Assembly (NCBI GenBank): GCA_040398075.1 | Contig: JBBAUR010000006.1 | Coordinates: forward strand, 22,318 to 86,317 | Length of the DNA stretch: 64,000 nucleotides | Direction: 5' to 3' | From: Bdellovibrionota bacterium | GTDB taxonomy: Bacteria > Bdellovibrionota_C > UBA2361 > OMII01 | Part shown: in pieces, positions 49,610 to 59,516 of the stretch | How the letters are laid out: every line of letters starts with the position of its first letter | How positions within the stretch are numbered: position 1 is the first letter of the stretch | Position numbers and translations under genes: made by a program | Notes under the pieces: generated by a model | Seen by the model: the letters and a program-made list of their open reading frames with translations, nothing else | Told to the model about the DNA's origin: nothing | The model's database searches: none

Positions 49610-50377
49610 ATGTATCGCGCTCGAGTTATGCCCTGCCTCCTCTTAAAAGATGGGGTCTTGGTGAAAACCGTGAAGTTCAAGAACCCCACGTACGTTGGGG
49701 ACCCGGTCAATGCCATTCGGATATACAACGAACTGGAGGTGGACGAATTGGTCTTCCTCGATATTACCGCCACCGCCGGTGGTAAGAAGCCTCCCTTCAA
49801 AGTCCTAGCTGAAATCGCAGATGAATGCTTCATGCCACTTGCCTACGGAGGGGGTATCCGTAGCCTCGAGGAGGCGCGCACTATCTTTAGCCTCGGCTTT
49901 GAGAAGGTCGTGTTGAACACGGCTGCTTTTGAGCAGCCCGAATTAGTGCGAAGCATCGCCGAGACCTTCGGCAGTCAGAGTATCGTGGTATCCGTAGACG
50001 CTCGTGCTAAATTACTCGGGGGTTACGAAGCCTATGTTCGCAACGGACAGGTCAGTACCAAAATGGAGGTCGTCCGATATGCAAAACGCGCCGTTGAATT
50101 AGGTGCCGGTGAGCTTCTTCTCTATTCAATCGATCGCGATGGCACTCACTCTGGCTACGACTTATCTCTCATTCAACGGGTTACCGCTGCAGTATCAGTG
50201 CCTGTAGTCGCATGTGGTGGAGCACACAGCGTAGAAGATTTCGGACGTGCCGTTCATCAGGCAGGCGCTTCGGCATGCGCGGCAGGAAGTATGGTTGTTC
50301 ATTTTGGTCCTCACCGGGCGGTGCTGATCAACTTCCCAGATGCACAGGTAATTGACAGAGAGCTCACACGTCATTAG
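49610..50377 (+). CDS. hisF: Imidazole glycerol phosphate synthase cyclase subunit paralogue (HisF-like, WbuZ-type)
   Basis: MYRARVMPCLLLKDGVLVKTVKF...VGDPVNAIRIYNELEVDELVFLDITA...(beta/alpha)8 HisF signature. Confidence 0.9.
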   Translation: MYRARVMPCLLLKDGVLVKTVKFKNPTYVGDPVNAIRIYNELEVDELVFLDITATAGGKKPPFKVLAEIADECFMPLAYGGGIRSLEEARTIFSLGFEKVVLNTAAFEQPELVRSIAETFGSQSIVVSVDARAKLLGGYEAYVRNGQVSTKMEVVRYAKRAVELGAGELLLYSIDRDGTHSGYDLSLIQRVTAAVSVPVVACGGAHSVEDFGRAVHQAGASACAAGSMVVHFGPHRAVLINFPDAQVIDRELTRH

Positions 50378-50621
50378 CCACGTCTCCCGAACCGTACCTC
50401 TCTAGCGCTTGTCCAGAGATGTGCGCTAAATGCAGGTGAATCCAACTGGTTAAGCAGCCACTGCGCCATTTCTACCGGACGATTTTCTCCGCTGAGTTTC
50501 GAGAAACGAACCCTTGAAACCCGTCATCTTATGAAAAATACAGGTGTTACCAGCGCTGTGTTGCGAGAACTGTCGATTGTCGGCTTACCGTGTTGGCATC
50601 GTTCATGAGGAATCTCGACCT

Positions 50622-51686
50622 ATGTCTAGAATTAAAGTAGCTCAGATCGGAGTCGGTTATTGGGGTCCAGCGCTGCTTCGCAACCTGGCTGCAAACCGAC
50701 GCTGCGAAGTGGTCGCTGTCGCCGATCTTTCTGCCGAGCGAAGGGATTTCGTCAAAGAGAGCTTTCCCGCTATTCCGGCTATAGATGATCCGAGCTTTAT
50801 CTTCAACGACCCCGAAATCCAGGCAGTCGTCATAGCCACACCTGCGGCAACTCACTACGAACTAGGCATGAGGGCACTCGAGGCGGGTAAGCACATCCTG
50901 GTAGAGAAGCCGATGGCAACCTGCGTGAAGGAGGTACAGAAGCTCGGCCTGGCAGCGCAAGAGCGAGGGCTTACTGCTATGGTAGGTCATACATTCGTGT
51001 ATCATCCCGCCGTTCACTATCTTCGTGATATCATAAATCTAGGAGAGCTCGGCCAAGTTCGTTACGTTTACAGCCAGCGCTTGAATCTCGGCCGTATAAG
51101 ATCAGACTGCGATGTTTTGTGGAACCTTGCACCTCACGACATTAGTATCGTTCAGTTTCTATTGGGAGATCCCGTCCCATTGTCTGTCCAGCGCACCGGG
51201 ATGGATTACGTCCAACGGGGAATAGATGACGTGGTTTTCGTCAACATCATGTATCCCAACCGCGTCATGGCTCACTTTCACCTCTCCTGGCTAGATCCGA
51301 ATCGCACCAGATGCCTCACGGTAGTAGGATCAGAGAAGATGGCGATCTACGACGACACGAAGGAAAATAAGATCGCGATTTACGATAAAGGTATCGACCG
51401 TCTTCATTCCCTCGACAAAAACATGGATTACGACCGACCTTCCTTCAACCTTCGAACGGGCAAGGTCTATGAGCCGCAGGTCAAGATGGAGGAGCCTCTG
51501 GCCATCGAAGTCGCTCACTTTCTCGATTGCATCGAGCGCGGTATCGAATGCTGGACGGGCCCGGAACACGCCTCAAAGGTTGTGAAGATCTTGAGCGATT
51601 GCGGTACCACCGCCCCCGCACAGGCCACAGATTCGACTCGGCTAGATACAGGTGCTTGTGAAATTCCGAAAGAAGTTTGGCGCTAG
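50622..51686 (+). CDS. Gfo/Idh/MocA-family oxidoreductase (second copy)
   Basis: MSRIKVAQIGVGYWGPALLRNL; VEKPMATCVKE. Start set at the Met following a 26-codon spurious extension. Confidence 0.85.
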   Translation: MSRIKVAQIGVGYWGPALLRNLAANRRCEVVAVADLSAERRDFVKESFPAIPAIDDPSFIFNDPEIQAVVIATPAATHYELGMRALEAGKHILVEKPMATCVKEVQKLGLAAQERGLTAMVGHTFVYHPAVHYLRDIINLGELGQVRYVYSQRLNLGRIRSDCDVLWNLAPHDISIVQFLLGDPVPLSVQRTGMDYVQRGIDDVVFVNIMYPNRVMAHFHLSWLDPNRTRCLTVVGSEKMAIYDDTKENKIAIYDKGIDRLHSLDKNMDYDRPSFNLRTGKVYEPQVKMEEPLAIEVAHFLDCIERGIECWTGPEHASKVVKILSDCGTTAPAQATDSTRLDTGACEIPKEVWR

Positions 51687-51706
51687 TACATTAGTTGGTA
51701 AACGTT

Positions 51707-52813
51707 ATGAAGATCCCCTTCGTTGACCTTAAAGCCCAATACGAGTCGATAAAAGCCGAAATTGACCACGCAATCGCTAGCGTGATTGACGAGACAGCTT
51801 TCATCAAGAGTCCCTACATCGCCGCTTTCGAGAAAAGCTTTGCGGAGTATCTGGGTATCGAACATTGCATTGGTTGTGCAAATGGCACGGATGCTATCGA
51901 AATCGCACTTCGCGCGCTGGGAGTAGGTGCCGGCGACGAGGTCATTGTACCAGCGAACACCTGGATATCGACCGCTGAAGCCGTAACCACTGCGGGTGCA
52001 AAGGTGGTATTCGTCGACAACCATCCTGAGCTGTATACTATTGACGTATCGAAGATCGAAGCCAAGATCACTGCCCGCACGAAAGCAATCATACCGGTTC
52101 ATCTGTACGGATTGCCTGCAGAGATGGACGTCATTATGTCGTTGGCAGCCAAATACAACCTCAAGGTCATCGAGGATTGTGCCCAATGCCACGGCGCCAC
52201 GTACAAGGGCACGACGACGGGCACTTTCGGAGATATCGCAACATTCAGCTTCTTCCCAGGTAAAAATCTGGGAGCATACGGGGACGCAGGGGGTATCGTG
52301 ACGAGTAATCAGGAGCTCGCAAGAACGTGCCGAATGGTCGGTGACCACGGACGCCTCGGTAAGTACGATCACGGGCTGGAAGGCAGAAACAGCCGCCTCG
52401 ATGGCCTTCAAGCGGCGATTCTGAGTGCCAAACTTCCGCACTTAAAGCAGTGGACCAAGGCACGTCAAGACAACGCTGCTTGCTACGATCACTATCTGTC
52501 TAACCTCGACATCCAGCGCCCTATCTGTCCAGAGTATTCGAGGCATGTGTACCATCTGTACGTCGTACAGGTTCCCAATCGCGAACAGGTGCAAGAACGT
52601 CTGCAGGCGCGAGGGATTGCTACCGGGATCCACTATCCGATCGCTCTTCCCCTGCTGAGTGCCTACCAATACCTAGGACATAGCGCGGCCGATTTTCCAG
52701 TCGCTGCCGGTGGCATGAATCGTATCTTGTCACTTCCAATGTACGCAGAGATGACCGAAGAGAAGATCAAGTACGTGGTCGACGCGCTCGCAGACGCTCT
52801 CTCTACAAACTAG
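51707..52813 (+). CDS. DegT-family sugar aminotransferase (third copy)
   Basis: MKIPFVDLKAQYESIKAEIDHAI...CANGTDAIEIALRALGVGAGDEVIVPANTW. Confidence 0.9.
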   Translation: MKIPFVDLKAQYESIKAEIDHAIASVIDETAFIKSPYIAAFEKSFAEYLGIEHCIGCANGTDAIEIALRALGVGAGDEVIVPANTWISTAEAVTTAGAKVVFVDNHPELYTIDVSKIEAKITARTKAIIPVHLYGLPAEMDVIMSLAAKYNLKVIEDCAQCHGATYKGTTTGTFGDIATFSFFPGKNLGAYGDAGGIVTSNQELARTCRMVGDHGRLGKYDHGLEGRNSRLDGLQAAILSAKLPHLKQWTKARQDNAACYDHYLSNLDIQRPICPEYSRHVYHLYVVQVPNREQVQERLQARGIATGIHYPIALPLLSAYQYLGHSAADFPVAAGGMNRILSLPMYAEMTEEKIKYVVDALADALSTN

Positions 52814-52831
52814 CTAAGGGGGTACGGGACG

Positions 52832-54199
52832 ATGCGTTTCCTTCAGATCTTTTCATTTTATCCGGAATACCTGAATCACTGGTACCACCAACACCCCGAT
52901 CTCCTGCAACAGCCCTACGAGACTCAAGCGGAACGCCTTTTCGCCGACGGATTCTCTGCGTCTCACCTCTTTTGGCTCGAACTGAAGCGCTTGGGATGCG
53001 ACTCCAGATGCATAGTCGCGAATTGTGAGCCGATGCAGAAAGCATGGGCGCGCGAGCATGGCTACGAGGTAGCCGGTAGAAACTGGTCGATGGAGATACT
53101 GAAGAAACAGATCGAAGATTATCGTCCAGATATCCTCTACTCGTGCGATCCGATCACCTTCGACTCGAGATTCTTACGTTCCCTCTCAGTACGCCCTCCC
53201 CTCGTGGTCGGTTGGAGGGCTGCTGGTGTCCCGGCGTGGAGCGACTTTACCGAGTTCGACCTCATGCTATCGAGTGACCCTGTATCCCCTGAGCTGTGCA
53301 AGAAGCAAGGAGCACGAGCTACGCGCCATTTCCTGCCCGGCTTTCCGAAATGGGTCGCTGATGCAGTCAAAGATGAGCCGAAGGCTCATGATGTCGTATT
53401 CTGTGGGCAATTCAGCCACGAGCATCTCAAAAGAGTGACACTCGCAGAGCAACTATCGCTGTATGCTCGCCAGAGCGGGGAATTCACCCCAGCATTTTTC
53501 GTTTATAAGGCGAGTGATTGGAGATTTCAGTACGCCACTCCGTTCGTGAAGACTGAACGATGGGGGCTCGATATGTATCGGGAGATCCGACGAGGCAAGA
53601 TCGGCTTCAATAATGTCATCGATTTCGCCAAGGGTGAGTCCGGCAATATGCGACAATTCGAAGTAACAGGATGTGGCACCTTTCTTCTCACTGAATATCA
53701 TGATTCCTTACTCGAGCACTTCATACCAGGACGGGAAATAGAGACCTACTCTTCATTCGACGAACTCGTAGAGAAGATACGATTCTACTCGCACAATGAC
53801 GTTGCGCGTGAAGAGATCGCCAGACGGGGCCAAGAGCGGTGTCTGCGCGAGCACGGTATGCTCCATAGGACTCAACAGCTTGTCGACATCCTATCTCATT
53901 TTCTCGGAAATATCGGCTCATCTGTGTCGTCTGAGCCGATTACGCCCCTGGACGAGCTACTAAATTCGTCCGTTCAACTGATTTCAAGTAACAACATAGA
54001 GGAGAGCTATCGTACTGCTTTGAGAGCTCTGCGGTATTATCCTCGAGGGCGACATGTACATTACTTATTAGGGCTGGGCCTTCTTCGCATGCAGCGAGCT
54101 GAAGAGGCTTACGATGCCTTCTCGCGCGAGGTTGCTCTCTTTCCGGACAACAGAGATGCGTGCGAACTCTTGAGAACACTGGATCAAGTACGCACGTGA
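52832..54199 (+). CDS. CgeB-like glycosyltransferase with a C-terminal TPR region
   Basis: Central and C-terminal region resembles the CgeB/spore-maturation glycosyltransferase family (DVVFCGQFSHEH...GCGTFLLTEY...). TPR-like C-terminal helices. Confidence 0.6.
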   Translation: MRFLQIFSFYPEYLNHWYHQHPDLLQQPYETQAERLFADGFSASHLFWLELKRLGCDSRCIVANCEPMQKAWAREHGYEVAGRNWSMEILKKQIEDYRPDILYSCDPITFDSRFLRSLSVRPPLVVGWRAAGVPAWSDFTEFDLMLSSDPVSPELCKKQGARATRHFLPGFPKWVADAVKDEPKAHDVVFCGQFSHEHLKRVTLAEQLSLYARQSGEFTPAFFVYKASDWRFQYATPFVKTERWGLDMYREIRRGKIGFNNVIDFAKGESGNMRQFEVTGCGTFLLTEYHDSLLEHFIPGREIETYSSFDELVEKIRFYSHNDVAREEIARRGQERCLREHGMLHRTQQLVDILSHFLGNIGSSVSSEPITPLDELLNSSVQLISSNNIEESYRTALRALRYYPRGRHVHYLLGLGLLRMQRAEEAYDAFSREVALFPDNRDACELLRTLDQVRT

Positions 54200-54325
54200 A
54201 CCTCTGTCTGTAGTTTCGATTCGTTACTTACACTTTGGAATCCTCGAATTTCGTGCGAAATGGTCACCCTACGGTCAGAGTTTAGGGTTCAACCACTGTA
54301 GAGCTAATAGGCGGTTTTTATTCGC

Positions 54326-55477
54326 CTAGCTTTCTCGTGATTTCAACACAATCTCCGAGGCTCGCGTGAATGCTATGCTCCGTGGCGGAATATTTTTCAC
54401 AACGACACAGCCCGAGCCTACAATTGAGTGCTCTCCTAGCACCAGGCGAGGTTCGACGAAGACCCCCGTGCCGAGCTTGATCTCGTCCTCGATCGTCACT
54501 GAGCCCGATGTCATGACACCCGGTCCGAATGTACAGTGACTACCAACTATGTTGTGGTGCTCGATATTGCAATGCGCTGATATGAAATTATTACTTCCGA
54601 TCTCTGCGCAGGGGCCCACCGTAACGTTCGCTAGGATCACGTTACCATCTCCGAGCGCGGTCTCTATACCGATATAAGCACTCCGATGGATTACGTTCAC
54701 CAGCGGGATGCCCGCATCCCGCAATTTCTCAAAAACCTCCTTGCGAACGGAGATTGAGCCTGAGACGGATATTACAGCAGCGTCGAAGAGACCACGTGCA
54801 AGATCGGCTTTCATGGCAGCGGCGTCGACGCTTCCACATACAGGGATACCATAAATGCTCTGTCCATGCTTCGAGCTCTCGTCGTCATAAATACACACCG
54901 GACACAGGGAGCTTCCAACCATTGCATCGAGAACCTGAATGAAGGCCTTTCCTCCTCCGACGACGGCTATACGGCGAAAACGATTCGTGTTCGGAGAACG
55001 CGCAACCACTGCATCACGAGCGGAGCGGCGACTCGTCGAGAGGATGAAGTCATTTACTATCTTTTCGGTAATCAGTGCTTGCGAAAATACGCTGGGATTT
55101 ATGCCATGACTATCGAGTAGCTTCTTTGCCTTGGCAGTTATCGTTTTAGCTGAATCTCCGGCTGATTGAGGAGATCGCGACTCGACGACAGGAGCAAGTG
55201 CGCGTTGGTACTCGGCCGCATCTGCTTCCGCATAGCGCTCGAGTACGAGAAAGAGTCCTTGATTGACCTGAACCATGTCTCCCAAGGAATGTGAGGTGAC
55301 AAACACACCATCGGTCTCGGCATGAACTTCGTAGGAGGCTTTACTGGAGTCTAGTGTCATGACGAGATCGCCCCTCTTCACTCGTTCTCCGTTCGAAAAG
55401 CGTATCTCGGCTACCTTGTAGGTGGCATCGTTGACATTCAACTGCTCGCAACGCTGTATGTTGGTCTCGTGGATCAT
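54326..55477 (-). CDS. Chimeric E2-like protein: lipoyl domain + E3-binding (PSBD)-like segment + PglD/NeuD hexapeptide acetyltransferase domain
   Basis: N-terminal lipoyl-attachment motif VMTLDSSKASYEVHAETDGVFV. Linker with a PSBD-like AKAKKLLDSHGINPSVF. C-terminal NeuD/PglD-like RIAVVGGGKAFIQVLDA plus LbH repeats. Confidence 0.75.
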   Translation of the reverse strand: MIHETNIQRCEQLNVNDATYKVAEIRFSNGERVKRGDLVMTLDSSKASYEVHAETDGVFVTSHSLGDMVQVNQGLFLVLERYAEADAAEYQRALAPVVESRSPQSAGDSAKTITAKAKKLLDSHGINPSVFSQALITEKIVNDFILSTSRRSARDAVVARSPNTNRFRRIAVVGGGKAFIQVLDAMVGSSLCPVCIYDDESSKHGQSIYGIPVCGSVDAAAMKADLARGLFDAAVISVSGSISVRKEVFEKLRDAGIPLVNVIHRSAYIGIETALGDGNVILANVTVGPCAEIGSNNFISAHCNIEHHNIVGSHCTFGPGVMTSGSVTIEDEIKLGTGVFVEPRLVLGEHSIVGSGCVVVKNIPPRSIAFTRASEIVLKSRES

Positions 55478-57450
55478 ACCATCTCTTTGATTAGCCGCTT
55501 GATAGTAGCTACGCTCGGCAAAAGAGTTAACTCCCCGGCGTGAGAGCTCGGAATCACGGAATTATTGCCGATCCGGCGAAATTCTTGAATAGGTGTTTTC
55601 ACCTCAGTAAGCGCTGCTACTACCTCGGCGCCTAGAGCGGCAAAACTCGGGCCTTCTTCGACCACCAGAAGTCGTTTGGAGCGTTGCACCGACTCAATGA
55701 GAGGCGTCAAATTGAGGGGCTGTATTCGCGTAGGAGCTATCAGCTCGACTGATATCTCCTCCTCGAGGAAGGCCTCCTCGAGGGCTCTTTCGCAGTCCCA
55801 CAGCGTACCTCCGTAGCAAAATAGAGTTATCGCAGCACCAGCTGCGGGTTCTCTGGGTGATATGCGTAGGGTTGGATACTGCTCGTCAGAGAGCCAATAG
55901 GTGTGAGTTGCATTCATAGCCTCATTGAGAAACCGTCCATAGTCGAGCTTGTTCTCGATGAAGAGGGCTGGGGACTTCGAGCACTTGAACCAATGTCCGT
56001 AGAGCTCGGTCGGGTCAACGCGGTAGTTGGGCGCTATTATCTCCAAATGCGACGCTCCGAGAAAAAGACGCTCGAGCGACTGGGAATGCGTTGGGCCGTA
56101 GCCACGTTTGCCACCCATCGGAGTACGCAGCATGAAGGGTAGCGGAATTCGCCGCCCATACATGCCCTGGATCTTGCATGCCTGCTGCAGGATCTGATCA
56201 ACTACGAGGGTCGTGAAATCACCGAACATGATTTCTGCGACAGTTCGTACACCACTGAGGGCCATACCGATACCGAGCCCTACAACACCGGCTTCGCTGA
56301 TAGGCGTGTTATTGACGCGGCTTGGAAAAAGAACGCTCAGATCCTTCGTAACCTTGAAGGCTCCACCGTAAGAGCGGGGATTAAACTCGTTTCTGTCCTC
56401 GATATCCTCGCCAAAGATGTGCAGGAGCTCGTCGCACTCTAACGCGCCCCGAAGGGTCCGATAAATTCCCTCATTCAAGCGGATCGATTCGTCCGATAGG
56501 GTCAGCGCCTTATACTTGCACTGTGTATTGTGTATCAATTCCGAGACATTCGGCGAGGTGAGAAGCGGATCTTGTGTGACCGCAGTAAGAATGTGCTGTA
56601 GTTCGGCCTCCACTTCCTGGGTAAGGGACGAAAAAAGCTCAGGCTGCTGCAAGGCAAACTGGTTAATTGGATCGCGCTCGACAAAAGTACGAACCTCATC
56701 GGGATTCCGATTGTCGTCCCCTTTCGAGTGCGAGTTCAGTCGATAGCAATCGATCTCGATGAAACACGGCTCACACGATCGGGTCTTCTGGACCGCTTCT
56801 GCCACTGTTGTATTCAGTCGTTCAGGCTCCCAGATCGACCCGCTGAAAAAGTGGATACCGAAACCCGTTACACGCGCATTGAGGTCGCCCCGAAATGTTT
56901 GGCGGGCGCTCGTCGATTGGGCATAACCGTTATTCTCGAGCACGAAGAGTGTAGGAGCCTTGTAGAGAGCTGCTAACTGTAACGCCTCGTACAGCACGCC
57001 CTCGCCGAGAGTTCCATCGCCGAGGAAGACAACTGATATCGGCTCCGTTTCTGGTGCGATCTGCGAGCGTCCGAGTGAAAAGCCTACTCCGACCGGCGCA
57101 AACCCCCCTTGGATACCGTTACTGAAGAACCCCTCGCCTAAGAGATGCTGGCTTCCTCCATATCCTCCAGAGCAACCAGACGCTCGCCCCATTACCTCCG
57201 CGAGTAGGCCACGTAGGTCTCCAGTTTTAGCGAGATAATGTCCGTGTCCTCGATGGTTCGAAAAGAAGGTGTCTAAGTCCTTCATGTGCTGTGCTAGCAC
57301 AGCAGGAATAAGCTCCTGACCCACGCATGTATGCACGGTACCGTTCAGCTTGCCCTCTGCAAACAGCTTGAGTAGGAGCTGCTCAAAGTGGCGGATGGTG
57401 ATCGCTGTTTTCCAAACCTGCGGTGTGATCATGTAAAATGTCGGCTTCAA
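55474..57450 (-). CDS. TPP-dependent 2-oxoacid dehydrogenase E1 component, fused alpha-beta subunits
   Basis: Alpha-type TPP motif FLGDGTLGEGVLYEALQLAALYKAPTLFVLENNGYAQST. Beta-type SEAGVVGLGIGMALSGVRTVAEIMFGDF and a transketolase-C-like tail. 658 aa. 4-nt overlap with the downstream E2-like gene. Confidence 0.85.
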   Translation of the reverse strand: MKPTFYMITPQVWKTAITIRHFEQLLLKLFAEGKLNGTVHTCVGQELIPAVLAQHMKDLDTFFSNHRGHGHYLAKTGDLRGLLAEVMGRASGCSGGYGGSQHLLGEGFFSNGIQGGFAPVGVGFSLGRSQIAPETEPISVVFLGDGTLGEGVLYEALQLAALYKAPTLFVLENNGYAQSTSARQTFRGDLNARVTGFGIHFFSGSIWEPERLNTTVAEAVQKTRSCEPCFIEIDCYRLNSHSKGDDNRNPDEVRTFVERDPINQFALQQPELFSSLTQEVEAELQHILTAVTQDPLLTSPNVSELIHNTQCKYKALTLSDESIRLNEGIYRTLRGALECDELLHIFGEDIEDRNEFNPRSYGGAFKVTKDLSVLFPSRVNNTPISEAGVVGLGIGMALSGVRTVAEIMFGDFTTLVVDQILQQACKIQGMYGRRIPLPFMLRTPMGGKRGYGPTHSQSLERLFLGASHLEIIAPNYRVDPTELYGHWFKCSKSPALFIENKLDYGRFLNEAMNATHTYWLSDEQYPTLRISPREPAAGAAITLFCYGGTLWDCERALEEAFLEEEISVELIAPTRIQPLNLTPLIESVQRSKRLLVVEEGPSFAALGAEVVAALTEVKTPIQEFRRIGNNSVIPSSHAGELTLLPSVATIKRLIKEMV

Positions 57451-57968
57451 TCAGCACGGTAGTTGGCTTACATCGTAATAAGAATCTACCCTCTCGATAG
57501 CACTACCCCAAGCGTTTAGATGATCAAACGCTATTCGGGGGCGCTCGGCTACCAGTCCACTCAGAGTAACACTGTGCGCGCTGGCCTCTAGCTGCTGAGA
57601 GATCCATTCATTCCTCGTAAATACCTGAACCAAGGTACGACCCTACCGGTCCCGAAGTTATGCAGAGAGCATGTGCTAGGGATGACGATCGAGTTCCCCC
57701 CCTCTGTGTACTTGTTTCTAGGCATATCATTGTTCGTTTAACGAGAGGTTCCATTCCAGGATTTATCCATCGAGGGTTTCCTCATTCCCTGGGGTGCTCA
57801 GCCAACAATCCGCTGAGTCGGCGTGTCAACAGAGAGTTCAACTCAATCTCGTCGAGGTCGTCAGGCTGCGTAATTCAAAGCAGGTACTGCTTGATGTCCA
57901 TCAGAGAGGCATGGGGTTTTTAAAGGGTAGTTATGGAAACTGGTCTTCTCTTCAACTAGAGGCGCGTC

Positions 57969-59306
57969 ATGACTATTTGGGACGATGTAGATCTCATCAA
58001 GCATTCCGTAGGCGATACCCCACACTCGGTAGATACGATTTACCAATACTTACAGCCACGGGTGCGCGAGGCCCGAGTGGTAATGTTCGGTGAGGCAACT
58101 CACGGCACGGAGGATTTTTACGTCATTCGCGCGGAACTCACCAAGAGGCTCATCGAGGAGCACAGCTTCAACCTGGTCGCAATCGAAGCCGACTGGCCCG
58201 AAGCTTATGGTGTCAACCGTTTTGTGAAAGGCCGTGAAGGTGCTGTATCCGCCACCACCTCTCTCGGATTGTTTACGCGCTTTCCAACGTGGATGTGGGC
58301 CAACACCGCTGTGCACTCATTCATCCAATGGCTGCGGAGTTATAATGATGTGCGGGCCGAGAGTCAGCGTGTTGGGGTCTATGGTTTGGATCTCTATAGT
58401 CTCTTCAGCTCACTGGAGTCTGTGCTTGGGTATCTCGAGGTAGTAGACTCTGCGGCGGCACGCAGGGCTCGGGATCGCTACTCTTGTTTCGAGCACTACG
58501 CGAGCGATGCACAGAGTTATGGTTTTGCGTCGAGCCTTGGGTTGGCTACGGGCTGCGAAGAACGTGCCATCGAACAGCTACAGGAGCTACGAGCGCACAG
58601 ATGGGAGTATCTCCTCTCGAACGGGCTTCTGGCAGAGGATGCTCAATTTAGCGCAGAACAAAACGCCACTATCGTAGTCAATGCTGCAGCGTACTATCGA
58701 GCCATGTTCAGGCAGCCACACGTGACCTGGAACCTTCGTGATACGCACATGTTCGATACCCTAACAGCACTGATGCAACACCAGGAAAGGTTGGGGCGAC
58801 CTGCACGCGCCGTAGTTTGGGAGCACAATTCCCATATCGGGGACTCACGGGCAACTGAATTTACACAGCGCGGACAGCTCAACATCGGTCAATTGGCGAG
58901 GCAGAAGTTCGGCAACGCTTGTTGTCTGGTAGGCTTTACGACGTACGAGGGTGAAGTTATTGCCGCACCCGAGTGGGGTGCAGCAGGAGAAATCGAGGTG
59001 GTCAGAGAGGCACTCCCTGGGAGTTACGAGGATCTCTTTCACCAGGTGGGAGCCCAACAGTTTGTTGTACCCCTCCGCGGTTCCACCCCCCTATCGCTTA
59101 TGCTCGCACGGCCACGTCTCGAACGCGCTATCGGTGTTGTCTATCACCCACATACCGAACGGTACAGCCACTACTTCAACGCTCGATTGAGCGAGCAGTT
59201 CGATGCAGTGATACACGTCGATACTACACATGCGGTTACTCCGCTCGACGTTAAACAGGAGCCTCGACTAGAGGAACCTCCGGAGACCTTTCCCAGCGGT
59301 ATATAG
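57969..59306 (+). CDS. Erythromycin esterase-family (Ere-like) protein
   Basis: VVMFGEATHGTEDFY...VAIEADWPEAYGVNRFV...VVWEHNSHIGD are typical of PF05139. Confidence 0.7.
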   Translation: MTIWDDVDLIKHSVGDTPHSVDTIYQYLQPRVREARVVMFGEATHGTEDFYVIRAELTKRLIEEHSFNLVAIEADWPEAYGVNRFVKGREGAVSATTSLGLFTRFPTWMWANTAVHSFIQWLRSYNDVRAESQRVGVYGLDLYSLFSSLESVLGYLEVVDSAAARRARDRYSCFEHYASDAQSYGFASSLGLATGCEERAIEQLQELRAHRWEYLLSNGLLAEDAQFSAEQNATIVVNAAAYYRAMFRQPHVTWNLRDTHMFDTLTALMQHQERLGRPARAVVWEHNSHIGDSRATEFTQRGQLNIGQLARQKFGNACCLVGFTTYEGEVIAAPEWGAAGEIEVVREALPGSYEDLFHQVGAQQFVVPLRGSTPLSLMLARPRLERAIGVVYHPHTERYSHYFNARLSEQFDAVIHVDTTHAVTPLDVKQEPRLEEPPETFPSGI

Positions 59307-59516
59307 AAAGCTTTGCAACTCTCCGAAATTCCTACCTTTTGATTCCTGTAAACAGGTAATGGTTGTGGTGTTGTTTGACTGCCTCGATCGTCATCATGTG
59401 TGACCAGATGTCAGATGCGGTACTCTCCTGCCCTAAATTCTTGGGGGGTACATCCTCTTGTTCAGAGACTCGGATCGTGTAACGATCAGCGGACTTAAGC
59501 GAGTAAGGATCTAGAA

